Notes under the pieces: model-generated
Told to the model about the DNA's origin: nothing
Databases searched by the model: none
What the model saw: the letters and a program-made list of their open reading frames with translations, nothing else
Shown here: in pieces, positions 9,719 through 19,797 of the stretch
Numbering within the stretch: the first letter of the stretch is position 1
Layout of the letters: each line of letters starts with the position of its first letter
Assembly: GCA_046727075.1 (NCBI GenBank)
Contig: JBKPBY010000150.1
Span: 1-59,391 of the forward strand
Direction: 5' to 3'
Origin: a bacterium
Lineage (GTDB): Bacteria; Verrucomicrobiota; Verrucomicrobiia; Chthoniobacterales; JAFAMB01
Length of the DNA stretch: 59,391 nt
Program-made: the position numbers and the translations under genes

Positions 9719-10405
9719 ATGTCGCAAACGCTCAGCGTTTGTGGCATTTTCGGGCTGATGAACAGCAAACCGATAATCGTGGCGCCGTCAGTGCTTGCCT
9801 GTGATTTCACACAGCTCGGGCACGAATGCGAGCGCATGGAAAAGGCGGGCGCCGATTGGCTCCATCTCGACGTGATGGATGGGCACTTTGTCGATAACAT
9901 TTCATTCGGGCCACCGATCGCCGACTGGATTGAGAAGATTGCAACGGTACCGCTAGATGTTCATCTGATGGTTGAACAACCTTTCCATTTTATTCCTCGA
10001 TTTCGTGCCTCAAATATCACAATTCACGTCGAACCTGATTACGATATCCCAGGCACTCTGAAGCAGGTCCGCGGCCAGGGTGCCACGTGTGGACTCGCGA
10101 TCAGCCCGCCGACTCCCTTTGAGAAAGTCGAGCCGTTCCTGGATCAGATTGATCTTCTTCTGGTGATGACTGTTAACCCCGGTTTTGGAGGTCAGAAGTT
10201 CATTCCTGAGATGGTGGAAAAAGTGGAGCGAGCAGTGCGAATCCGCGAAGGGCGCGGACTCGATTTTCACATCGAAGTAGATGGTGGGATCAACCATGAA
10301 ACCGCAGCGTTGTGTCGTAAGTCAGGCGCAAATGTCATGGTTGCCGGAACCGCAGTATTTCGCGCGCCAGACGCTGCACAAGCGATCGCGCAGTTGAGGA
10401 AATAA
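9719..10405 (+). CDS. rpe: Ribulose-phosphate 3-epimerase
   Basis: PSVLACDF, HLDVMDGHFV, MTVNPGFGGQKF. An alternative start at ATG 9758 (MNSKPIIV) is equally plausible. Confidence 0.9.
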   Translation: MSQTLSVCGIFGLMNSKPIIVAPSVLACDFTQLGHECERMEKAGADWLHLDVMDGHFVDNISFGPPIADWIEKIATVPLDVHLMVEQPFHFIPRFRASNITIHVEPDYDIPGTLKQVRGQGATCGLAISPPTPFEKVEPFLDQIDLLLVMTVNPGFGGQKFIPEMVEKVERAVRIREGRGLDFHIEVDGGINHETAALCRKSGANVMVAGTAVFRAPDAAQAIAQLRK

Positions 10406-10453
10406 GAGGGGCTGTCGGTGCGGCCTACGTGTCGCGAAGCGACAACAAATGAA

Positions 10454-10501
10454 AGCCAGGGGTTCTCCGGCCTCGGCCGGATCACCCCATCACCCCTGGC
10501 T
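10454..10501. terminator. Nested hairpin: outer 10-bp AGCCAGGGGT/ACCCCTGGCT enclosing inner CCGGCC-TC-GGCCGG
   Basis: Read directly from the sequence. Lies in the convergent spacer between rpe and the LTXXQ-protein gene. Confidence 0.4.
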
Positions 10502-10589
10502 ATGTTCTGTCATCGCTCCGCGACCCTAAGGGTGTGGACATGGCAGCCGCAGGAGCCCGCGATAGATCGCGGCCTATTGATGGACCAGC

Positions 10590-11078
10590 CTATTCTGTCT
10601 GTTCCGCCGGTTGCTCTTGGGTACTAGCCTGCGGTGTCTCCGCCGATGCCTTTGTTCGCCCAGCGCGTAGCCGACTTAAACGTTCTGACTTTATCGATGC
10701 AAGTTTCTCCCGCTGGTCAGTGGTTAGAACTTCATCGATATCGTGGTCGTACTGTTTCCGCCGGTCAGCGAGGTGCTGTCGCCGGGTCCGGGAATCGAGT
10801 GACGTATCATTCTTAATTCCCTGGGCGTCGTCCACGAATTTGTCGACGATCGGCTTTGCTTTGGCCTCTTCGTCAGGTGTGAGAGCGACGTCCTTTTTCA
10901 AGCGCTTCAACCTCGTTCGTTTCAGGGCGTCCGGACTGATCTTACCTTTTGCTTTGACTGCCGTATCGACGGCCTGCGGAGATTTTCCGGAAACCGTATC
11001 TTGACCCAGCAAAGCATTGTGGGACAAGCTCCCGATCGCTAATGAAACAACAAGATGTAATAATGATTTTATTTTCAT
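10590..11078 (-). CDS. Secreted LTXXQ-motif protein (Spy/CpxP/ZraP-like periplasmic protein)
   Basis: Signal peptide MKIKSLLHLVVSLAIGSLS. Highly charged helical sequence with LTPDE and LTTDQ motifs. Start set at ATG 11078. Confidence 0.5.
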   Translation of the reverse strand: MKIKSLLHLVVSLAIGSLSHNALLGQDTVSGKSPQAVDTAVKAKGKISPDALKRTRLKRLKKDVALTPDEEAKAKPIVDKFVDDAQGIKNDTSLDSRTRRQHLADRRKQYDHDIDEVLTTDQREKLASIKSERLSRLRAGRTKASAETPQASTQEQPAEQTE

Positions 11079-11261
11079 GTCATAATGAACTAACAAAGTA
11101 GAATAAAGTTGCAATATTTATTTACGGAAGATCGGAGGGCGGTCCGGTCAAGGCCGAACCGCCCTCCATTTCTCCCTAATGAACTTGAAATCCGGTTACG
11201 GCGCGGATATGTAAAAGCTGCTGCGCTCCCCCTTCCTGATCCTGACGACGAAGCAGCGAAT

Positions 11262-12074
11262 ATGGCCTACGCGAATGTTTCTTTAAAAGAGCGATCGTTT
11301 GGCAAAACGATGCGGCGAGACGCTTGGTGGGCTCAGCCACTGATAGTCTTTCTTGGGCTGGCAACGTTCATTGTTTACTCAACCTGGGCTGCGTTTCAGG
11401 GGAACAATTATTGGGCCAGCCAGAACGGCGCCGACTACCTGTCTCCATTCTATTCGCCGGAGTTGTTTGGAGGCTCACCCCACGCGATTTTCGGACCGAA
11501 ACCAATATGGTGGCCGGCCTGGTTATTGTTTTCACCGGCGCTCCTGGTCTTGTGGGCGCCCGGTGGGTTCAGGCTGACTTGTTACTACTATCGAGGTGCT
11601 TACTACAAAGCTTTCTGGGCAGACCCGCCCGCCTGCGCAGTGGGCGAGCCACGCAAAGGATACCTTGGTGAAAACTCGTTCCCACTGATCATCCAAAACA
11701 TTCATCGATACTTTTTGTACATCGCATTGGTGTTCATCCTTTTTCTGGCCCACGACGCCTGGAATGCCTTGTGGTTCGCGGACGCATCAGGAGCGAAGCA
11801 TTTCGGAGTTGGCATCGGCTCAATTGTGCTGGCCTTAAACGTCGTCTTACTAGCCGGGTACTTGTTTGGCTGCCATTCGCTTCGTCACCTGATTGGCGGC
11901 TTCCTCGATGAAATTTCCAGGTCGCCCGCCTATGCGCGGTGCTACGCCTGCGTGAGTTGTTTGAATCGAAGACATATGCTTTGGGCATGGATCAGCCTTT
12001 TCTGGGTTGGATTCACAGACCTCTATATAAGGCTGTGCGCAGCCGGTGTCTGGCATGATTGGAGAATCTTTTAA
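11262..12074 (+). CDS. Succinate dehydrogenase/fumarate reductase membrane anchor (cytochrome b-type subunit)
   Basis: Polytopic membrane protein (about 5 TM) directly upstream of sdhA-sdhB. Conserved-looking YLSPFYSP and CHSLRH segments. Start uncertain: 11262, 11310, or the track ORF start 11109. Confidence 0.65.
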   Translation: MAYANVSLKERSFGKTMRRDAWWAQPLIVFLGLATFIVYSTWAAFQGNNYWASQNGADYLSPFYSPELFGGSPHAIFGPKPIWWPAWLLFSPALLVLWAPGGFRLTCYYYRGAYYKAFWADPPACAVGEPRKGYLGENSFPLIIQNIHRYFLYIALVFILFLAHDAWNALWFADASGAKHFGVGIGSIVLALNVVLLAGYLFGCHSLRHLIGGFLDEISRSPAYARCYACVSCLNRRHMLWAWISLFWVGFTDLYIRLCAAGVWHDWRIF

Positions 12075-12107
12075 ATAAAGCGAGTCTCGGCAGCAAAGTC
12101 TGCCGGC

Positions 12108-13952
12108 TTGCCGCAAACTAAATACGTGGCCAACTACGAAACTCTTGAATTCGAAGTGCTAATTATTGGTGCGGGTGGAGCGGGGCTTCGCGCGGCTATT
12201 GAAGCGTCCGCTGGGGGAACCAAAGTTGGATTGGTCTGTAAGTCTCTTCTGGGAAAGGCGCATACCGTAATGGCTGAGGGAGGAATTGCTGCGGCGCTTG
12301 CCAATGTCGACGATCGTGACAATTGGAAGGTCCATTTTGCGGACACCATGCGCGGGGGCCAATACGTCAACAACTGGCGGATGGCCGAGCTGCACGCCTT
12401 AGAAGCGCCAGCCCGGGTTCGAGAGCTGGAAGCATGGGGTGCAGTTTTTGATCGGACGAAGGATGGCCGCATTCTTCAGCGAAACTTCGGCGGTCATCGG
12501 TATCCGCGTCTCGCCCACGTTGGAGACCGCACTGGATTAGAAATGATTCGTACCTTGCAAGATCACGGGATCCATCAAGGCATCGAAGTCTACATGGAGC
12601 ATACAATTGTAACGCTCCTTAAAGATGGTGACCGCATCGCCGGGGCGCTTGGATACGATCGCGAACGCGGCCGGTTCAAAGTTTTCAAAGCGCATGCGGT
12701 GGTGATCGCGACCGGCGGCATCGGCAGAGCGTATCGTATTACGAGTAACTCTTGGGAATACACCGGAGACGGGATGTCCCTGGCTTACCACGCCGGCGCG
12801 GAACTCATCGACATGGAGTTTGTGCAATTTCATCCGACCGGGATGATCTGGCCGCCAAGTGTGATGGGAATTCTTGTGACGGAAGGCGTTCGGGGAGAAG
12901 GCGGCATCCTGTGTAACAACCAGGGTGAGCGGTTCATGTTCAAGGATATCCCGGAGAACTACAAATCACAGACTGCGGATAAGCCGGAAGAAGGCTGGCG
13001 CTATACTCAGGGTGACAAAGATGCCCGGCGTCCACCCGAACTACTGACTCGAGATCATGTCGCGCGCTGCATCCTCAATGAAGTGAAAGCCGGTCGTGGC
13101 AGCCCGCATGGCGGAGTCTTTCTCGACATTGCCTGGATCAAAGAAAAGATTCCGAACGCCGCCGAGCATATTCAGAAGAAGCTGCCCAGCATGTACCACC
13201 AATTTATGCAGCTCGCGAACCTCGATATTACCAAGGAGCCGATGGAGGTGGGTCCAACCACGCACTATATTATGGGCGGTATTCGAGTGGATGCGGAAAC
13301 GCAGATGTCCAATGTTCCGGGGTTGTTTGCAGCCGGTGAAGCGGCTGCCGGGCTACACGGAGCGAATCGTCTCGGTGGTAATTCTTTGTCGGATCTACTG
13401 GTATTCGGGAAACGGGCGGGGGAATTCGCGGCAAAGTTTGCCAAAGAACATGGCGTCGGCGCGATTGCCGATTCGCAGGTCGAGAGCGCAATCCGCGAGT
13501 CGTTGGAACCATTCGAGCGGGCAGCGCAAGCCGGGCACGATGGTGAGGGCCCATATCAAATACAGAGTGATTTGCAGGAAATGATGCAGAACCTCGTCGG
13601 CATTGTACGGCAGGAAGGAGAAATGAGGCGAGCGCTCGATGAACTGAGTAAGCTCTGGAAACGGTCCGAGAGCGTCGTTGTTCATGGGCATCGCGAATAT
13701 AATCCAGGTTGGCATACCGCGATTGATTTGAAACATCTGCTGACGGTTTCTGAGGCGATTACGCGCTCCGCGCTTGAACGCAAAGAGAGTCGGGGAGGGC
13801 ATTTCCGCGACGATTTTCCCAACAAGGCTGCGGCGGATGGGAAAACGAATGTTGTTATTCGAAAAGGGAAGGACGGCTCAATGCAGGTCCAACGTGAGCC
13901 GATACCCGAGATGCCACAGCGCCTCCAACAGATCATCGAGGAGATGAAATGA
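12108..13952 (+). CDS. sdhA: Succinate dehydrogenase/fumarate reductase flavoprotein subunit
   Basis: 614 aa. IIGAGGAGLRAA dinucleotide fold, FHPTG, RLGGNSL, RGGHFR. TTG start. Confidence 0.93.
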   Translation: MPQTKYVANYETLEFEVLIIGAGGAGLRAAIEASAGGTKVGLVCKSLLGKAHTVMAEGGIAAALANVDDRDNWKVHFADTMRGGQYVNNWRMAELHALEAPARVRELEAWGAVFDRTKDGRILQRNFGGHRYPRLAHVGDRTGLEMIRTLQDHGIHQGIEVYMEHTIVTLLKDGDRIAGALGYDRERGRFKVFKAHAVVIATGGIGRAYRITSNSWEYTGDGMSLAYHAGAELIDMEFVQFHPTGMIWPPSVMGILVTEGVRGEGGILCNNQGERFMFKDIPENYKSQTADKPEEGWRYTQGDKDARRPPELLTRDHVARCILNEVKAGRGSPHGGVFLDIAWIKEKIPNAAEHIQKKLPSMYHQFMQLANLDITKEPMEVGPTTHYIMGGIRVDAETQMSNVPGLFAAGEAAAGLHGANRLGGNSLSDLLVFGKRAGEFAAKFAKEHGVGAIADSQVESAIRESLEPFERAAQAGHDGEGPYQIQSDLQEMMQNLVGIVRQEGEMRRALDELSKLWKRSESVVVHGHREYNPGWHTAIDLKHLLTVSEAITRSALERKESRGGHFRDDFPNKAAADGKTNVVIRKGKDGSMQVQREPIPEMPQRLQQIIEEMK

Positions 13953-14716
13953 AAACTGCTGTTTTCAGAGTCTGGCGCGGCGATGCAACCGGTGGGAAGC
14001 TTATCGATTACCAGACTGAGGTCTCTGAGGGAATGGTGGTGCTCGATGCCATTCACAGGATTCAGGCCACTCAAGCAAATGACCTTGCTTGCCGATGGAA
14101 TTGTAAAGCAGGCAAATGCGGTTCCTGTTCAGCCGAAATCAATGGCAGGCCGAAGCTGATGTGTATGACACGGCTGGATGAGTTGCCACTCGATGAACCG
14201 GTAACGGTTGAACCGATGAAAGCGTTCCCGCGGATCCGTGATCTGGCCACCGATGTGTCCTGGAATTTCCGGGTGAAGAAGAAGATCAAAAAATTCAAAC
14301 CGCGCGCCCCGGACGCTCCTGATGGCACTTGGCGGATGGCGCAGGCGGACATCGAACGTGTCCAAGAGTTCCGAAAATGCATTGAATGTTTCCTCTGCCA
14401 GGACGTTTGTCACGTGCTGCGCGAGCACCAGAAGTACGACGAATTCATTGGACCACGTTTTTTTGTTTTCGCGGCCGCATTAGAAATGCATCCGCTGGAT
14501 ACTGAGGATCGGCTGGGAGAGCTCAAGCAGGCCGGAGGCATCGGTTACTGCAATATCACTAAGTGTTGCACAAAGGTCTGCCCGGAAAATATTACCATTA
14601 CGGATAACGCAATCATTCCCCTGAAGGAAAGGGTGGTGGATGACTTTTACGATCCTCTGGGAAAATTACTGAAGTTGCTTCGTCCAAAAAATCAAAACGG
14701 AGAAAGCCATGTTTGA
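13949..14716 (+). CDS. sdhB: Succinate dehydrogenase/fumarate reductase iron-sulfur subunit
   Basis: 255 aa. Cys clusters CRWNCKAGKCGSC, CIECFLCQDVC and CTKVCP. ATGA overlap with sdhA. Confidence 0.9.
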   Translation: MKTAVFRVWRGDATGGKLIDYQTEVSEGMVVLDAIHRIQATQANDLACRWNCKAGKCGSCSAEINGRPKLMCMTRLDELPLDEPVTVEPMKAFPRIRDLATDVSWNFRVKKKIKKFKPRAPDAPDGTWRMAQADIERVQEFRKCIECFLCQDVCHVLREHQKYDEFIGPRFFVFAAALEMHPLDTEDRLGELKQAGGIGYCNITKCCTKVCPENITITDNAIIPLKERVVDDFYDPLGKLLKLLRPKNQNGESHV

Positions 14717-15206
14717 GCTTAAACGACTGTCGAAAGAAGCTATTCCGGCGGCGCTTGAAAAGGCATTACGTTACAGGTTATTGAATCAGCCAGCTGACGC
14801 CGAAAGCATTTGCCACGACGTTCTGGCGATCGACCCCGAAAACCAGCAGGCGCTGGTTATGTTGCTGCTCGCACTGACCGATCGTTTTGGAAGAGGGTAC
14901 GCGGTTGGCGACACGCAAGCGAATCAAGTCTTACCGCGCCTGCAGGATGAGTATCAGAGAGCGTACTATGCAGGCATTATTTGCGAGCGCCGAGCCAAGG
15001 CTCAACTGAGCCAGGGGCGGCTCGGATCGGGCCACGATGCCTATGAATACCTGCGCGAAGCAATGACCTGGTTCGAAAAAGCGGAGGCCGTCCGCCCTCC
15101 GAAGAATGACGACGCACTTCTGCATTGGAATGCTTGTGCCCGGCTGATCATGGGCAACCGGCTGACTGCGCGGCCGGAAGAGAGGGTCGAGCTGCCGTTA
15201 GAATAA
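14709..15206 (+). CDS. Conserved helical (TPR-like) protein of unknown function, coupled to sdhB
   Basis: 165 aa. Overlaps the sdhB 3' end by 8 nt. All-helical sequence with no recognisable catalytic motif. Confidence 0.55.
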   Translation: MFELKRLSKEAIPAALEKALRYRLLNQPADAESICHDVLAIDPENQQALVMLLLALTDRFGRGYAVGDTQANQVLPRLQDEYQRAYYAGIICERRAKAQLSQGRLGSGHDAYEYLREAMTWFEKAEAVRPPKNDDALLHWNACARLIMGNRLTARPEERVELPLE

Positions 15207-15501
15207 AGGACGTTAGCAGTGGCAACCGCTTCCCGCCGCCGCCGAAGGAAGATAATAGCCACGCCTTTTTCGTCGGAGCGTTGCCATCCTTGCGGGCCAA
15301 GGCTTCGGCGGATTTGGAGGGCGGTCCGGCCTTGGCAGGATCGCCGCAATTGTTGAGCTAACCGGAGCAGCGCAGAACGGACTCGCGATCCAATCCTGCC
15401 AAAGAATTTGGCGCGAATCACCTTGTCGTTTTTAAGTAACCGTTGAGAGTACGATTAACCCCCGATTGTTAGTGAATCGAAGCAGTCAACAAGGAGACCG
15501 A

Positions 15502-16176
15502 ATGCCAAAACCAGATAAGAAGCCGGCGTCGGAAGAACAGCTCCATTCCGATGGTCACAGCCGGCGCGCATTCCTGTTGCGCCTTGGCGCAGCCGGTGTT
15601 GCAGCGACCGCCAGACCTTTGTCAGGGCTTGCGGGCAGTCCCGAATCGAAAACCGGACAGGGTGACATGCAGAATAATCTGCTCGGTCTGATTCCGGTAA
15701 CGCTACGAGTCAACGGACATGAACATCATATTCGAGTCGATCCGCGAACTACTTTACTGGATTGTTTGCGAGAGACCTTGCATCTGACCGGTTCAAAGAA
15801 GGGATGTGATCATGGTCAATGCGGTGCCTGCACCGTGCACGTCAACGGCCGGCGAATCAATTCATGTCTAACCTTCGCCGCTATGCATCAAAATGACGAG
15901 ATCACGACGATTGAAGGCATTGGTCAGCCTGGTCATCTGCATCCGATGCAGGCTGCGTTCGTTCAGCATGACGGCTATCAGTGCGGATACTGCACTTCGG
16001 GCCAGATCATGTCCGCTGTGGCGTTGCTGAAAGAGCCTTGCGGTCCTGATGATGCCGACGTGAAGGAGTTGATGAGTGGTAACATCTGCCGCTGTGGGGC
16101 CTATCCAAATATTCTGACAGCGATTCAGGAAGTTCGCGGCCATATGAATGGAGGGACGAAAAATGCATCCATTTGA
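15502..16176 (+). CDS. Molybdoenzyme [2Fe-2S] small subunit with Tat signal (PaoA-like)
   Basis: Twin-arginine motif [18 protein letters not shown] and CGYCTSG clusters. ATG 15502 is preceded by AAGGAG. Confidence 0.85.
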   Translation: MPKPDKKPASEEQLHSDGHSRRAFLLRLGAAGVAATARPLSGLAGSPESKTGQGDMQNNLLGLIPVTLRVNGHEHHIRVDPRTTLLDCLRETLHLTGSKKGCDHGQCGACTVHVNGRRINSCLTFAAMHQNDEITTIEGIGQPGHLHPMQAAFVQHDGYQCGYCTSGQIMSAVALLKEPCGPDDADVKELMSGNICRCGAYPNILTAIQEVRGHMNGGTKNASI

Positions 16177-17158
16177 ATTGATTCGGGCGACGGACGTTCC
16201 TCAGGCTCTCCAGAAGGCAGCGGGCCGGTCATCGGCTCAATCGGTGCGATTTGTTGCGGGCGGCACCACACTGATTGATCTGATGAAGCTCGATGTCGAG
16301 CGACCTAGACAGGTGATCGACATTAACGGGCTGCCGCTTAACAAGATCGAACTTTTGCCGGACGGTGGTCTCAAAGTCGGCGCGCTCGTTCGCAATTCTG
16401 ATTTCGCGCACCATCCGAATGTCGTCCGGGACTATGCCGTTCTGTCGCAAGCGCTGCTTTCGGGTGCTTCTGCGCAATTGCGGAACATGGCAACAACGGG
16501 TGGGAACCTGTTGCAAAGGACGCGCTGCGTTTATTTCCGCGACACATCTTTGCCGTGTAACAAGCGCGAGCCAGGAAGTGGCTGTCCAGCGATTAAAGGG
16601 TTCAATCGAACATTAGCAATCCTTGGTACCAGCGAGCACTGCATCGCAACTAATCCGTCCGACATGAACGTGGCGCTTACAGCGCTGGAGGCGACGATCC
16701 ACCTTCAGGGGCCGAAAGGAGAGCGAAGTGTGCCGATTAACGAGTTTTTCTTACTTCCCGGAGATACACCGCATCGGGAGACAGTGATTGAGCCGGGCGA
16801 GCTGATTACGTTTGTAACGTTGCCTCCTCCTGTAGCAGGAAGCAGATCGGTTTATTTGAAGCTGCGAGACAGAGCTTCCTACGAGTTCGCTTTGTCTTCC
16901 GCTGCTGTCGTTGCCAACGTTAACGGTGGGAAAATCAATCGTGCGCGTGTGGCCCTTGGAGGGGTCGGCACGAAGCCGTGGCGATCCTTCGAAGCGGAAA
17001 AAGCGTTGGAAGGTCAAGCGCCTGCTGAGGAACAATTTCGATCGGCTGCGGAGGCGGTACTGCAAGCAGCTCGTCCGCAAAGCATGAACGGGTTCAAGGT
17101 CGAGCTGGCCAAGCGCTGTTTGATTCGTGCGCTCAAACTGGCCACCAAAACTGCCTAG
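16163..17158 (+). CDS. Molybdoenzyme FAD-binding medium subunit (PaoB-like)
   Basis: FAD_binding_5-like [12 protein letters not shown] and a CO-dehydrogenase flavoprotein C-terminal region. ATG 16163 is preceded by GGAGGG. Confidence 0.85.
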   Translation: MHPFELIRATDVPQALQKAAGRSSAQSVRFVAGGTTLIDLMKLDVERPRQVIDINGLPLNKIELLPDGGLKVGALVRNSDFAHHPNVVRDYAVLSQALLSGASAQLRNMATTGGNLLQRTRCVYFRDTSLPCNKREPGSGCPAIKGFNRTLAILGTSEHCIATNPSDMNVALTALEATIHLQGPKGERSVPINEFFLLPGDTPHRETVIEPGELITFVTLPPPVAGSRSVYLKLRDRASYEFALSSAAVVANVNGGKINRARVALGGVGTKPWRSFEAEKALEGQAPAEEQFRSAAEAVLQAARPQSMNGFKVELAKRCLIRALKLATKTA

Positions 17159-17181
17159 AATTTTTCTTCCTGGAGAACACC

Positions 17182-19407
17182 ATGGCACAAGAAGCGAATT
17201 CAGTTCCCGACATCATTGGGGCAGCGGTGCCTCGCGTTGACGGACCACTCAAAGTGAGCGGCGGCGCGAAGTACACTTCAGATTTCTATTTTCCCGGAAT
17301 GGTTTATGCCGTGCCGGCAAGCTGCACGATCGCAAAAGGTAAAATTACGAAGATCGATACTTCGGAAGCGGAGAAAATTCCGGGAGTCGTCGCGATTCTG
17401 CATCGAGGAAACATCGGAAAATTGTACCGAGTTGCGCCGGACATGACTTTCAGCGCTTATTTGGATGAACACCGTCCGCCGTTCGACGACGATGTGGTTT
17501 ACTACAGCGGACAATATGTAGCTCTGGCTGTGGCTGAAACATTCGAGATCGCTGGGGAAACAGCTGCGGCGATCCGGGTTTCTTACGAGCAGGAAGAACC
17601 CAACGTTGCCGAACATCTGGAGCTGGAAGGCAAACCGACTCCCGGAAGTACACGCGGCGATCCGGAGCAAGCTTTCGCGTCAGCCCCGGTGAAGGTCGAC
17701 GAAACGTATATCACCCCGGTCGAAACACACAATCCGATTGAGCTTCATGCGTCTGTCGCTATCTGGGACGGCTCTAAATTTACGCTGTACGAGACCACCC
17801 AGGGAGTTGTGAACCATCGGGCTGTGATGGCGCAGGTACTTGGCGTACCAAAAGAGAATATCCAAGTAATTTCCCGTTTTCTCGGTTCAGGTTTTGGCGG
17901 GAAACTTTTCCCATGGGCTCACTCCACCTTGGCGGCGGCTGCCGCCCGCAAGCTCAATCGCCCGGTGAAACTGGTTCTGAGCCGGCGATCGATGTTCACC
18001 AACGTCGGGCATCGTCCGTTGACTCAGCAGAGAGTGAGGTTGTCAGCGACGCCAGATGGGAATTTGGTTTCGTTTCAGCAAGACTACATTAATCACACTT
18101 CGATTCTGGACAGCTATGAAGAAGATTGCGCAGAGGCAACGCCCTATCTTTATAGCGTGCCGAATCTGAGCATCATATCCGGGTTGGCTCGCCGTAACGT
18201 CGGAACGCCAACTGCGATGCGCGGTCCCGGGGCAGTACCCGGATTGTTCGCGACCGAGTCTGCGATGGACGAGCTGGCCATCAAGCTGAACCTGGATCCA
18301 GTCGAATTGCGGTTGCGGAATGAGCCGGAAAAGGATGAAAGCAACGGACTTCCATTTTCTTCCCGGCATTTTCAGGAGTGTTTAAAGGTAGGCGCTGAGA
18401 AATTTGGCTGGTCAAAGCGAACGCCGGCCGTTGGTTCGATGCGACAAGGGGACTTGATATTGGGATGGGGCGTAGCTGCTTGCTCTTGGGTAGCTGATCG
18501 CTTTCCTTGCGAGGCCAGGGTTGAGCTCAAGCTTGATGGCTCGGTCCGCGTAAGCTGTGGAACGCAAGATATCGGCACGGGCACTTACACGATCCTTGCG
18601 CAGATTGTAAGCGCCAAGACTGGTCTGCCATTAGACAGAATCGAAGTCGTTCTGGGAGATTCTTCACTGCCGGCTGGACCGATTTCCGGCGGCTCCATGG
18701 TAACCGCCTCGGTTATTCCGGCTGTGAGCGAGGCGTGCGATCAAGCGATCTCAACTCTCTTGTACACCGCTTCCAAGACCCCCGGTACGCCGTTTCTAGG
18801 CAAGGCGGTCGAAGAGTTGGCTTTGACCAATGGTAGAGTCCACGAAAAAAACGGAGCTCCAGAGAGTGGCATCCCGTATGATACATTGCTCAAACAAGGG
18901 AATTTTGGTGAAGCCGTTGGCCAAGGCAAATCGGAAGGGACATTCCTAGATCAAAAGCCCACTCACTCGATGCATTCTTACGGCGCCCAATTTGTTGAGG
19001 TGACGTGGGATCCTGAAATCGCCAGGCTGCGGGTTAGCCGCGTTGTCACGGTTATCGATGCGGGCAGGATTATTAACCAGCGACCGGCTCGTAACCAGAT
19101 CGAAGGGGCGATCGTTATGGGGATCGGAATGGCGCTATTTGAGGAGACGCACTACGACGCTCAAACCGGCCATCCGGTTAACAGTAACTTAGCCGACTAT
19201 TGCATGGCGGTTCATGCGGACACTCCGAATATTGATGTTACGTTCCTGGACTATCCTGACCTTGTTCTGAATGAATATGGAGCGCGCGGGGTCGGGGAAA
19301 TCGGGCTGGCCGGTGTCGCGGCGGCAATCGCTTCAGCCGTTTATCACGCGACTGGAGTTCGCGTTCGTAAGCTGCCGATAACGATTGAGGATTTGCTGAT
19401 GGTATAG
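17182..19407 (+). CDS. Molybdopterin-binding large subunit of xanthine dehydrogenase family oxidoreductase (PaoC-like aldehyde oxidoreductase)
   Basis: 741 aa. GSGFGGK, MRGPG and GVGE motifs typical of the aldehyde oxidase/xanthine dehydrogenase Mo-binding subunit. Confidence 0.88.
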   Translation: MAQEANSVPDIIGAAVPRVDGPLKVSGGAKYTSDFYFPGMVYAVPASCTIAKGKITKIDTSEAEKIPGVVAILHRGNIGKLYRVAPDMTFSAYLDEHRPPFDDDVVYYSGQYVALAVAETFEIAGETAAAIRVSYEQEEPNVAEHLELEGKPTPGSTRGDPEQAFASAPVKVDETYITPVETHNPIELHASVAIWDGSKFTLYETTQGVVNHRAVMAQVLGVPKENIQVISRFLGSGFGGKLFPWAHSTLAAAAARKLNRPVKLVLSRRSMFTNVGHRPLTQQRVRLSATPDGNLVSFQQDYINHTSILDSYEEDCAEATPYLYSVPNLSIISGLARRNVGTPTAMRGPGAVPGLFATESAMDELAIKLNLDPVELRLRNEPEKDESNGLPFSSRHFQECLKVGAEKFGWSKRTPAVGSMRQGDLILGWGVAACSWVADRFPCEARVELKLDGSVRVSCGTQDIGTGTYTILAQIVSAKTGLPLDRIEVVLGDSSLPAGPISGGSMVTASVIPAVSEACDQAISTLLYTASKTPGTPFLGKAVEELALTNGRVHEKNGAPESGIPYDTLLKQGNFGEAVGQGKSEGTFLDQKPTHSMHSYGAQFVEVTWDPEIARLRVSRVVTVIDAGRIINQRPARNQIEGAIVMGIGMALFEETHYDAQTGHPVNSNLADYCMAVHADTPNIDVTFLDYPDLVLNEYGARGVGEIGLAGVAAAIASAVYHATGVRVRKLPITIEDLLMV

Positions 19408-19426
19408 CCGCGGGTTCGGCCCGCGG
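19408..19426 (+). terminator. Hairpin CCGCGGG-TTCGG-CCCGCGG immediately after the large-subunit stop codon
   Basis: 7-bp GC stem starting 1 nt after the TAG. No clear U-tract. Confidence 0.4.
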
Positions 19427-19524
19427 AAGCCGTCTCTGGATACGAGCTAGCAGATTCAGCCGGCGCAATAGATCAATGCCCGTCAGGCGGCCGGGGGGTA
19501 GAAGCTGCGGGCGAAGGCCGCGCT

Positions 19525-19600
19525 TGGGGTGGCCGACGGGACTCGAACCCGCAACAACCGGAACCACAATCCGGGGCTCTACCATTGAGCTACGGCCACC
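19525..19600 (-). tRNA. tRNA-His (anticodon GTG)
   Basis: Reverse complement folds as a cloverleaf: G-1 plus acceptor GTGGCCG/CGGCCAC, D-arm GCTC/GAGC, anticodon arm CCGGA-TTGTGGT-TCCGG, T-arm GCGGG-TTCGAGT-CCCGT. The extra 5' G(-1) pairs with C73 and the 3' CCA is genome-encoded. Confidence 0.92.
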
Positions 19601-19797
19601 GTATCAGTGTTCCACCCTCGCGAAAACTATGGCGGACGCGGGACATCAAAGGTAACTCAAGTTCCTCACCCGCCAAGCAGATTTTGGCCCATCTGCCAGC
19701 GGCACTATCGAAATCAATTGAGCATTGTCAGGGTTGATGACAAGGTCCCCGTCGCCAGCCGTGTTTTTCCTCGAAAAACGCGGCATATCGACTATGA

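Noticed and set aside
15207-15465. The 260-bp spacer upstream of the paoABC-like operon as a possible riboswitch (for example a Moco riboswitch)
   Set aside because: By eye I could not recognise the conserved Moco-motif helices or any extended conserved structure. Only an 8-bp inverted repeat is present (GCCAAGGC / GCCTTGGC). An Infernal scan would be needed to settle it.
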